64,000 nt of DNA from Vulcanimicrobiota bacterium (GTDB taxonomy: Bacteria > Vulcanimicrobiota > Vulcanimicrobiia > Vulcanimicrobiales > Vulcanimicrobiaceae). The stretch is from the NCBI GenBank assembly GCA_963733295.1, contig CAVTCS010000003.1, forward strand, positions 1,888,001 through 1,952,000. Direction: 5' to 3'. Of the stretch, positions 37,647 through 45,627 are shown one piece after another. The notes under the pieces were generated by a model. It was given only the letters and a program-made list of their open reading frames with translations, was not told the origin of the DNA and ran no database searches. Within the stretch, counting starts at the first letter, position 1, and the number at the start of each line of letters is the position of its first letter. Position numbers and translations under genes: made by a program.

Positions 37647-38069
37647 ATGGACGATTTTTACAAAGAGTATATCCTCGACCACTACCGCAATCCGCGGAAC
37701 TTCGGGCACCTCGACGCGCCCGATGCGAGCGCCGAGGATCTCAATCCGTTATGCGGGGACAAGCTGCGTTTCGAACTGAAGGTCGAGGGCGGGCGGGTTT
37801 CGGACGTGCGCTTTTCCGGCAAGGGCTGCGCGATCAGCCAGGCGGCGGCTTCGATGTTGAGCGAACACGTTCGCGGTCAACGTCTCGAGGACGTGGCGCG
37901 TCTCCAGCAAGATCGCGTCCTCGAAGACATCGGGATCGGGATCAGCCCGGCACGCATGAAGTGCGCGATGCTCGGACTCAAAGTCCTCAAGAGCGCGGCG
38001 CTCGGCGAAATCGCCGGCTGGCCGGACGAAGATCGCGCGGAGAGCGGGTCATCGAGCTCGCCTTCGTAA
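37647..38069 (+). CDS. sufU: SufU/IscU-type scaffold or sulfur acceptor
   Basis: ILDHYRNPRN, NPLCGD, GCAISQAAASM, PARMKCAML. Confidence 0.9.
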   Translation: MDDFYKEYILDHYRNPRNFGHLDAPDASAEDLNPLCGDKLRFELKVEGGRVSDVRFSGKGCAISQAAASMLSEHVRGQRLEDVARLQQDRVLEDIGIGISPARMKCAMLGLKVLKSAALGEIAGWPDEDRAESGSSSSPS

Positions 38070-38398
38070 CCGAAACGTTCTTGCGTTTGACCGGAGCGAT
38101 CGTTCTCGAGACGCTCGCGCTGGCGATCTGGAACATCGGCACGCGTTCGCCGGCCGCCGTCTTGCGCGACGTGCGCCGCGCGCGCGAGAAACGCTCGATC
38201 GCACTGGGCCTCGCAAGTTTTCTCGTCGGGCTCACGTTCGTGGCCGCGGCAACGGTGCTGCTCCTCCCTGCCGTCCCCAACAAGCTCGACCTCCTCGTAC
38301 CGACGGAGATTTTCACGTTCTTGGTCGCGCTGGGACTCGAGCATCTCGTCGGCGACGACCTGCGCTCACTGATCGGCGCAAGCGCTCGCGTAAGCTAG
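38048..38398 (+). CDS. Small three-helix membrane protein, start codon uncertain
   Basis: Three hydrophobic segments; GGAGAG RBS precedes GTC at 38048. Confidence 0.6.
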   Translation, partial: VIELAFVTETFLRLTGAIVLETLALAIWNIGTRSPAAVLRDVRRAREKRSIALGLASFLVGLTFVAAATVLLLPAVPNKLDLLVPTEIFTFLVALGLEHLVGDDLRSLIGASARVS

Positions 38399-38429
38399 CG
38401 GAGCATCAAAAGCGCGGAGGTTCTCCGGA

Positions 38430-40064
38430 CTACGGTGACATGGTCGGTGCGGGACTCACTGCGGGCGACGGTGCGGGACTCGTTCCGGGCGCCGGGATGA
38501 CCGGCACGACCGGTTGCGGCGCGTAGGGTTGCGGACCGGGCGGGTGCGCGATGTTCCCGACGATGTGCGGCGTTACGACGATATACAGATTCGACTGTGT
38601 GTGCGAGGTCGTGAGGAAGCGGAAAAACACGCCGATCAGCGGCAGGTCGCCGATGAACGGAACCTTGTTGAGGTTCTTGATCTCGTTGTCTTCGAGCAGT
38701 CCGCCGATCACGAACGATTCGCCGTCCTTGACCGTCGCCGAGGTGCTGGCCGTCCGCTGACTGATCTGCGGGATGCCCTGCACGAAATTCGTGACGCTCG
38801 AGACCTCCGAGTAAATGTGCGAGGTCACGTAGCCGTCCGAGCTCACGCGCGGCAAGATCTGCAGATCGACGCCGACGTTGATATATGCGACCTGCTGCGA
38901 GGTGACGGCGCTGGCGCCGGTGAGCACGACCGAGGTGATGATCGGAATGGCGTCGCCGGTAAGAATCGAGGCTTGCTGACCGCTTTGCGCGAGAATGCGC
39001 GGCTTGGCGATCACCTTACCGCTGCCTTTGCTCACCTCCGCGTACAGGTTCGCGGCGAGCGAGACTTGTCCAGCGGGTTTCTGACCGGTCGTGATGACCA
39101 GACCGTTCTGGATGCCGCCGGTCCCGGTCGTCGTCGAAGAATTCGGCGAGCCGTTGACCACGATGCCGGTGCCGCCGGGCGCGTACTCGATGCCGATGTT
39201 CTGAGCGGCCGTTTCGTCCAGCTCGACGATCTCGGTTTCGAGAATGACGCTCGGAACCGGAACGTCGATCTTGTCGATCGTGCTCTTGTACATGTCGATC
39301 GTCTCTTGCGTACCGGTCAAGATGATGGCGTTCAGGCGCCGGTCGATCGCGATGCTGTCGTTGAGTCGCTGCGCTAAGCCGTTCGATCCCGCGTTGAAGG
39401 CCGCGCCGCCGCCGAAGCTTTGCTGGCCCGTCGTGCTTCCAAATCCGGCGTTCACGCCACCGAAGGTACTGCCGCTGAGCTGGTTGGTGCCGATGTTCGT
39501 TTGAATCGGCGTGAACGTGTCGTTCGAGGCGACGTTGGAGCCTTGCACGAGAATGCCGGCAATCTCGCTGACGTCAGCGTACTTGAGCGGTATCACGACG
39601 GTCAGCGCACCGGCCACCGGTCCGTTCGAAACCGGCGCGACCGGCGTCGCTTGGAGGAAGTCGGTCGTGCTGACGGGAGGCACGTCGAGGACTACGGCTA
39701 GACCCAGCGCCCGGAAACGAACCTGTTGCGGCGAGGTAAGGTGAATGAAGATACTGCTGCTCGAGCCCGACTGGGTGATCGCGACGCTTTGAATCGCTCC
39801 CGAGCCGTTCGTGAGCGGCGGGACGAGCGGGCCGGCCGTGACGCCGGGAATCACCAGTGTGACCTGCGCGGTTCCGACGCCCACGGGCGTGACCTGAGGC
39901 GGCGTTCCGTTGAACTGAATGCTCACGGCAGTTCCGCCGTTCGGCTCGGGGTCGATCCGGAGGCTCGTAATCTGCGTCGCGGGCGCCGCACTCCCGGCAG
40001 CCGTGAGCGCGACCGTCAGAACGACGAGCAACCCGAAAGCCGAAATCCAGCGGAGCAAACGCAT
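38430..40064 (-). CDS. Outer-membrane secretin with AMIN-like N-terminus and one N domain
   Basis: LKYADVSEI, DRRLNAIIL, IAKPRIL, VGVDLQILPRV, SFVIGGLL, KVPFIGDLPLIG, IVVTPHIV. Confidence 0.9.
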   Translation of the reverse strand: MRLLRWISAFGLLVVLTVALTAAGSAAPATQITSLRIDPEPNGGTAVSIQFNGTPPQVTPVGVGTAQVTLVIPGVTAGPLVPPLTNGSGAIQSVAITQSGSSSSIFIHLTSPQQVRFRALGLAVVLDVPPVSTTDFLQATPVAPVSNGPVAGALTVVIPLKYADVSEIAGILVQGSNVASNDTFTPIQTNIGTNQLSGSTFGGVNAGFGSTTGQQSFGGGAAFNAGSNGLAQRLNDSIAIDRRLNAIILTGTQETIDMYKSTIDKIDVPVPSVILETEIVELDETAAQNIGIEYAPGGTGIVVNGSPNSSTTTGTGGIQNGLVITTGQKPAGQVSLAANLYAEVSKGSGKVIAKPRILAQSGQQASILTGDAIPIITSVVLTGASAVTSQQVAYINVGVDLQILPRVSSDGYVTSHIYSEVSSVTNFVQGIPQISQRTASTSATVKDGESFVIGGLLEDNEIKNLNKVPFIGDLPLIGVFFRFLTTSHTQSNLYIVVTPHIVGNIAHPPGPQPYAPQPVVPVIPAPGTSPAPSPAVSPAPTMSP

Positions 40065-40166
40065 CTAGCGAACGCCTTATGCGGCAGACGCTCTCAGGAC
40101 CTCTTGGCGCAGTTTTCCGGCGGGAGACCGTGCGAAGGGAGGGAATCTCCCAGGACCCTGTTTCGG

Positions 40167-40179
40167 GAAAACCGTTTTC
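40167..40179. promoter_or_regulatory. Palindromic operator candidate GAAAAC-C-GTTTTC
   Basis: Perfect inverted repeat in the divergent intergenic region; resembles LacI-family operators. Confidence 0.4.
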
Positions 40180-40224
40180 ATTTTCGCGCACATCGCGCTC
40201 AACCGCAACCGCAAAGGAGCCCGC

Positions 40225-41472
40225 GTGGAACTCGAAGCTCTCAAGACGAGCCGTGGCCGGTTCATCGCCGGCGGTTTGGCAGCGTCGGTGGCGACGTTTG
40301 CCAGCATCAACGTCATCGCTGCCCCAATGACCGAGGTCGTCGTCGGCCTCGACGTGCCGCAAACCGGGCCGTACTCCGACCAAGGCGCCGATCAGCTGCG
40401 CGCCTACCGCATGGCGATCAACGAGATCAACAAGAGCGGCGGCGTGATGGGCATGCAGATCAAGACGAGCGTCGGCGACGATCAAACGAAGGCACCCGTC
40501 GCGGTCGAGAACGCGCGTCGCATGATCGAGCGCGACGGCGCCGTCATGATCACCGGCGGCTCGAGCACCGGAACCGCGATCGCCGTTTCGGGACTGTGCC
40601 AAGAGAAGAAAGTCATCTTCATGGCCACGCTCACGCACGGCAACGAGACGACGAACGAGAACTGCCACTACCATACGTTCCGTCGCTATAGCGACGCCTA
40701 CAGCTCAGCCCATGCGCTCGCACAAACGTTGCTTGCCAAATACGGCACGGGCCGCTGGTTCCACATCACGGCCGACTACGCGTGGGGCCATTCGAACTAC
40801 GATAGTTTGAGTGAAGTGCTCGTGCCCAAGGGTGCGGTCTTCATCAAGAACGTACTGATGCCGCTGGGGACAACGGACTTCAGCTCGGCGCTCAGTCAGG
40901 CCCAGGCTGCCAAACCCGACGTGCTCGTCATCACCGAGTTCGGGCGCGATATGGTCAACGCCCTGAACCAGGCTGCGCAGTTCGGTCTGACCAAGTCGGC
41001 CAAAATCCTCGTGCCCTTGGCGGACGAGTACATGGCCAAGGGCGCGGGCGCGAACTTCGACAACGTCATTACGACTGCACCGTTCTATTGGCAGTATCAC
41101 GCCGCAAAATATCCCGCCGCGAAGACGTTCGTCGACAACTTCACCAAGCTCTACGGCGTTCCACCTTCGAACGGCGCAGAGTGTGCATACACGAACATGT
41201 ATCAGTGGAAGTCCGGAATCGAGCGTTCTGGGTCCCTCGATCCCGCCAAATTCATCGCGAAAATGGAAGGCTACCACTTCACCGCTACCAAGGAACCGGA
41301 ATACTGGCGCGCGTGGGACCACCAGGGGATCAACAGCAACCTGGTTATCGAAGGCGTCCCTCTCGCCCAGCGCAAAGACCCCTTCGCTTATGCGGACGTC
41401 CTGAAAATCTACAGCGGCGAGTCCGTGAACATCCCACAATCCGTGAGTAAGTGCAAGATCGAGAGCGCTTAG
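40225..41472 (+). CDS. Liv-type ABC transporter substrate-binding protein
   Basis: AAAGGAG RBS; SRGRFI Tat-like signal; PQTGPYS.QG, GGSSTG, TADYAWG, LGTTDFS. Confidence 0.88.
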   Translation: MELEALKTSRGRFIAGGLAASVATFASINVIAAPMTEVVVGLDVPQTGPYSDQGADQLRAYRMAINEINKSGGVMGMQIKTSVGDDQTKAPVAVENARRMIERDGAVMITGGSSTGTAIAVSGLCQEKKVIFMATLTHGNETTNENCHYHTFRRYSDAYSSAHALAQTLLAKYGTGRWFHITADYAWGHSNYDSLSEVLVPKGAVFIKNVLMPLGTTDFSSALSQAQAAKPDVLVITEFGRDMVNALNQAAQFGLTKSAKILVPLADEYMAKGAGANFDNVITTAPFYWQYHAAKYPAAKTFVDNFTKLYGVPPSNGAECAYTNMYQWKSGIERSGSLDPAKFIAKMEGYHFTATKEPEYWRAWDHQGINSNLVIEGVPLAQRKDPFAYADVLKIYSGESVNIPQSVSKCKIESA

Positions 41473-41495
41473 GTCGTAACTAGTTCCCCAACCCG

Positions 41496-41524
41496 AGGAC
41501 CGGTCTCTTCCAAGGGCCGGTCCT
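41496..41524 (+). terminator. Intercistronic stem-loop after the SBP gene
   Basis: AGGACCGGTCT...GGGCCGGTCCT 11-bp stem with two G-U pairs; weak U tail, so possibly an mRNA-stabilising hairpin. Confidence 0.5.
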
Positions 41525-41555
41525 TCTCGTTCCCCGCTTCAGGAGACTGACGACC

Positions 41556-42437
41556 ATCGACGCCATCTTCGCGCAGCTTCCGGGCCAGCTTCTGGACGGT
41601 TTCATCCGCGGTCTCGTTTACGTCGCAATCGCCCTGGGTCTCACGATCATTTTCGGAATGCTGCGCCTCGTGAACTTCGCGCACGGCGCCTTCTACACGG
41701 TGGGAGCGTACGTCGGGCTGGTCGTTGCCGAGCGGCTGGGTCTGGGCGCCGGACTGATCGCCGCGCCGATTGCGGTCGCGCTGCTCGCCGTCGTGTTCGA
41801 TCGATTCCTGTTGCGCTACTTCTACGACAAGGAAGCGACCTCGCAGATCCTCGTGACGTTTGGAATCGCGATCATTCTGGAAGAGACGCTGCGCCTGATC
41901 TTCGGCGGAACGACGCGGCAGTATCCCGTTCCGGGCTGGCTTTCGGGCTCGCTCAACCTCGGGTTCGCGCAGTATCCGTCGTACCGTCTCGCTTTCGCTG
42001 CGGGAATCGTTCTGCTGGTCATCGCGGTCTGGCTCTTCATCGAACGGACCGACTACGGGCTCATCGTGCGCGCCGGAATTCGCGATCGCACGATGGTGCA
42101 ACTGTTGGGCGGGAACGTGCGCCTCGCGTCCACGGTCATCTTCGCCTTCGGCGCCGCCTTGGCAGGACTCGTCGGCGCGGCGGCCAGCCCGATCTATAGC
42201 GTCGACCCGAATACGGGTTTCTCGTTCCTCGTGCCGTCGTTCGTCGTCATCGTGATCGGCGGCCTGGGCAGCTTCTGGGGAGCCGTCTTGGGCGGCATCA
42301 TCGTCGGCGAACTGCAGAGCTTGACGACGCTGATCGCGCCGCCCTTCAGCGACGTTATCATCTACATCGCCATGGCGCTCGTGCTCCTCGTGCGGCCTTC
42401 GGGGCTGTTCGGCGAGAGCGAGGTGATTCGCGGATGA
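41556..42437 (+). CDS. Branched-chain amino acid ABC permease (LivH family)
   Basis: QLLDG..RG.VY..IALGLTIIFGML.LVNFAHG extends upstream of track ATG 41658; VIGGLGS; RPSGLFG. Confidence 0.88.
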   Translation: MDAIFAQLPGQLLDGFIRGLVYVAIALGLTIIFGMLRLVNFAHGAFYTVGAYVGLVVAERLGLGAGLIAAPIAVALLAVVFDRFLLRYFYDKEATSQILVTFGIAIILEETLRLIFGGTTRQYPVPGWLSGSLNLGFAQYPSYRLAFAAGIVLLVIAVWLFIERTDYGLIVRAGIRDRTMVQLLGGNVRLASTVIFAFGAALAGLVGAAASPIYSVDPNTGFSFLVPSFVVIVIGGLGSFWGAVLGGIIVGELQSLTTLIAPPFSDVIIYIAMALVLLVRPSGLFGESEVIRG

Positions 42438-43462
42438 TGCGGGAGCTGCGCTACTACGGGTTGCTCGCAGTCGGCCTAATCGTGTTCCCGTTCGTCTTTC
42501 ACCCGATCGGCGGTTACCCAGGGCTCGCGACGCAAATCCTGCTCGTGGGCATCGCCTCGGTCGGCTTCAACCTGCTGCTCGGTTACGCGGGTTTGCTCTC
42601 GTTCGGTCAGGCGATGTTCTACGGCGTCGGATCCTACGTCGCGCTCCTCACCGTGACGAAGTTCTTTCCGCACTTTCCGAATATGTGGCTCGCGATCGTG
42701 CTGGCCGTCCTTTTCGTCTCGGTGATGGCCTTTCTGATCGGGGCCCTGACCGTGCGGTTGTACGGGATCTACTTCGCGCTTTTGACGCTGGCATTCGCGC
42801 AGATGTTCTACTTCATCGTGTTCCAGTGGCGCGATCTCACGCAAGGCGACGACGGTCTGCAGGGCATTACCGCGCCTCCGCTCTGGTTCTTCACGAACAT
42901 CGATCTCACGACGACCTTTCCTGCGCTAAATCTCGGGCCGTTCGGAAACGTGAGCGAGGTGCACTACTGGTACGCCTTCGCCGCAGTCGTCGCGCTCCTC
43001 GTCGTAGCGTTCATGCGCGTACTCATCCGTTCGCAGTTCGGCGAAGTGCTCGCTGCGATCCGTGAGAACGAGCAGCGCAGCACCTTCGTCGGCTTCAATC
43101 CGCAACGCTACAAACTAGCAGCCTTCACGATCGCGGGCGCGTTGACGGGGTTGTCCGGCGCCCTGCGCGGACTCTACGAAACCTCGACCGCACCCGATTC
43201 GTTGACCGTCGATACGAGCGGCAACTTCGTGATCTACACGATCGTGGGCGGCGTCAAAACGATCCTCGGTCCGATGCTCGGCACGGCGGTCATCATGTAC
43301 TTGCAGAACGTCATCAGCGGTAAGACGGACGCCTGGCGCTTGATCGAAGGAATACTGTTCGTTGCGGTGATCGTCTTCTTACCGGGCGGCATCCTGGGCT
43401 CGTTCAAACGCAAGCGCGCTCGCACCCTGCTGCGCGACGCGCTCCAAACGAAGGCGTCGTAG
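42434..43462 (+). CDS. Branched-chain amino acid ABC permease (LivM family)
   Basis: NLLLGYAGLLSFGQ, YFALLTLAF, AIRENEQR, FLPGGILG. Confidence 0.9.
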   Translation: MMRELRYYGLLAVGLIVFPFVFHPIGGYPGLATQILLVGIASVGFNLLLGYAGLLSFGQAMFYGVGSYVALLTVTKFFPHFPNMWLAIVLAVLFVSVMAFLIGALTVRLYGIYFALLTLAFAQMFYFIVFQWRDLTQGDDGLQGITAPPLWFFTNIDLTTTFPALNLGPFGNVSEVHYWYAFAAVVALLVVAFMRVLIRSQFGEVLAAIRENEQRSTFVGFNPQRYKLAAFTIAGALTGLSGALRGLYETSTAPDSLTVDTSGNFVIYTIVGGVKTILGPMLGTAVIMYLQNVISGKTDAWRLIEGILFVAVIVFLPGGILGSFKRKRARTLLRDALQTKAS

Positions 43463-44221
43463 ATGAGCGACGCGATCTTGTCGACCAACGAGCTGGGCAA
43501 GAAGTTCGGAAACTTCGCCGCCAACAGCGACATCGATTTTTCGGTGCGGGAGGGCGAACTGCGAGCGGTGATCGGACCGAACGGCGCCGGCAAGACGACC
43601 TTCTTCAACCTTCTCTCCGGACTCTTGAATGCGAGCGGCGGGACGATCCGCTTCAAGGACCAGGACATCACGCATCTCCCCGGACCGCTGCGCGTCGAGC
43701 GCGGGATCGCCAAAGCGTTTCAAACGGCGAACATCTACCCCGACGAGACCGTCTTGCAGAACTGCCGCCTGGCGGCGCTCGCAAGAGTTCAAGGCTCGTT
43801 CGCGCCGGAATTCTTCCGCGCTTCGCGGCGCTTGAGCGCGGTCGACGAAATCGCGCTCGAGGCGCTGTCCCTCGTCGACCTCTCGTCGCTCGCCGAGCAG
43901 CGCGCCGGCGACCTCTCGCACGGCGACAAGAAGCGGCTGGACATCGCGCTCGCGCTTGCGACGCGCCCGCAGATCTTGCTTCTCGACGAACCGGTGGCGG
44001 GGATGTCGATCGAGGAGGTCCACAAAACCGACCAGCTCATCCGGGCTTTGGCCAAGCGCATGACGGTTCTCATCATCGAACACGATATGGACCTCATCAT
44101 GGGAATCTCCGACTCGATCACCGTCCTGCATCAGGGCCGCGTGCTGGCACAAGGGACGCCCGCCGAAATCCGTTCGAACCGCGCGGTGCAGCAAGCCTAC
44201 CTCGGAGGATACGCCGAGTGA
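43463..44221 (+). CDS. ABC ATPase (LivG family)
   Basis: GPNGAGKTT, LSHGDKKRL, LLDEPVAG, EHDM, AYLG. Confidence 0.92.
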   Translation: MSDAILSTNELGKKFGNFAANSDIDFSVREGELRAVIGPNGAGKTTFFNLLSGLLNASGGTIRFKDQDITHLPGPLRVERGIAKAFQTANIYPDETVLQNCRLAALARVQGSFAPEFFRASRRLSAVDEIALEALSLVDLSSLAEQRAGDLSHGDKKRLDIALALATRPQILLLDEPVAGMSIEEVHKTDQLIRALAKRMTVLIIEHDMDLIMGISDSITVLHQGRVLAQGTPAEIRSNRAVQQAYLGGYAE

Positions 44222-45024
44222 GCCTCACGGTCGCCGGGGTCGATACGCTGCTCTCGCTCGAGTCGCTCAACACGTTCTACGGCGACAGTCACATCCTCAA
44301 GGACATGACCCTGCACGTGCGCCGCGGCGAAACGGTCGCGCTCTTGGGCCGCAACGGTGTCGGTAAGACGACGACGCTCAAGAGCATCGTGGGCTGGGTC
44401 CCCGCGCGCAGCGGACGCGTGACGTTCGACGGAAACGATGTCACGTACGCCGATATGATGACCAATGCGCGGCGCGGCATTTCGCTCGTTCCCGAAGAAC
44501 GCCGGATCTTCACGAACCTGACCGTCCTCGAGAACCTGCGCTTGGCGCAAGTCGCCGCGCAGCGTCCCGGCCTGACCTTGGACGAAGTCTACCAGCGCTT
44601 TCCGAGTTTACAGGAGCGGTTGCAGAACAAGGGCGACGAGATCTCCGGCGGCGAGAAGCAAATGCTGGCAATCGCGCGCGCTCTCGTCCAAGATACGAAG
44701 CTTTTGCTCCTCGACGAACCCACCGAGGGCCTCGCGCCCCTCATCGTCCGCGAAGTAGAAAACGTCGTGCGCGAAATCAAGGCGAAGGGCATCACGACGC
44801 TTCTCGTCGAGCAAAACTTCTACTCAGCCCTCTCCGTAGCCGATCGTTGCTATGTGATCGACCAAGGCAGCGTCAAGTTCGAAGGCACGCCCGACGAACT
44901 GCGCGGCAACACCGACGTCCTCACGCCGCTACCTGCACGTCTGACGCTTCTCGTCGTCCTCGTGAAGCAAACAGCGCGCCCGGAACCGGACGCGCTGCTC
45001 GAACTCTTCGCGTTGGGCTACTGA
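44218..45024 (+). CDS. ABC ATPase (LivF family); C-terminus probably frameshifted, true end likely 44944
   Basis: GRNGVGKTT, ISGGEKQML, LLDEPTEGLAP, VEQN. Confidence 0.88.
   Translation: MSLTVAGVDTLLSLESLNTFYGDSHILKDMTLHVRRGETVALLGRNGVGKTTTLKSIVGWVPARSGRVTFDGNDVTYADMMTNARRGISLVPEERRIFTNLTVLENLRLAQVAAQRPGLTLDEVYQRFPSLQERLQNKGDEISGGEKQMLAIARALVQDTKLLLLDEPTEGLAPLIVREVENVVREIKAKGITTLLVEQNFYSALSVADRCYVIDQGSVKFEGTPDELRGNTDVLTPLPARLTLLVVLVKQTARPEPDALLELFALGY
44972..44997. terminator. Hairpin between convergent livF-like and sodC genes
   Basis: CAGCGCG-C-CCGG-AA-CCGG-A-CGCGCTG; TTTGCTT follows on the minus strand. Confidence 0.5.
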
Positions 45025-45590
45025 GCTTTGGGTGCGTCGATCTCGCCGCAGGCTACGCGCGCACCGCTGCCGCCGCCCGGCGGCGTGTCGGTGTAGTTAT
45101 CGGAGTTCGCGTGGATGACGATCGAACGCCCGACGATGTTCGTAGGACCGGGTGAGACGCTGAGCTTGGCATCGTAGAAGGTCGTACGGCCGTGCCCGGT
45201 CTGGCTGACGTCGATCATCGGCAGATCGCCCGCGTGCCCCGCGCCTTCGGGGCCGAGATGATGCCCGGTGGCTTGCGGATCGAAGTGTCCGCCGGCCGCG
45301 CCGAAATCGGTCTTCTTCCCCGCTTCGTCGATCATCGGATTGCATGACCCGAACTCGTGGATGTGCATGCCGTGCATGCCCGGGGTTAGCCCGGTGACGT
45401 CGACCGTAATTTGAACGCCGCCTTTGTCGACGCCGATGAAGCTGGCCTCGCCGATGACTTTGCCGGCCGGATTCATGATGTCGGCTTGGAACGTGTTCAC
45501 CGCAGCGAGCGCCGAGCGTACGCCGCCGCTTCCAGCCGCGAGCAGCGCGCATGCGAGCGCGATGCAGACCGCGGGCATCCTCTTCGTCAT
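45018..45590 (-). CDS. sodC: Periplasmic Cu/Zn superoxide dismutase
   Basis: Signal peptide; HGMHIH, GGHFDP, H.GP, HAGDLP, IVIHA..D, GARVACG. Confidence 0.93.
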   Translation of the reverse strand: MTKRMPAVCIALACALLAAGSGGVRSALAAVNTFQADIMNPAGKVIGEASFIGVDKGGVQITVDVTGLTPGMHGMHIHEFGSCNPMIDEAGKKTDFGAAGGHFDPQATGHHLGPEGAGHAGDLPMIDVSQTGHGRTTFYDAKLSVSPGPTNIVGRSIVIHANSDNYTDTPPGGGSGARVACGEIDAPKAQ

Positions 45591-45627
45591 AGGCTAAAAT
45601 CCTCCAAATAAGTGCGTTGAAGGCCGG

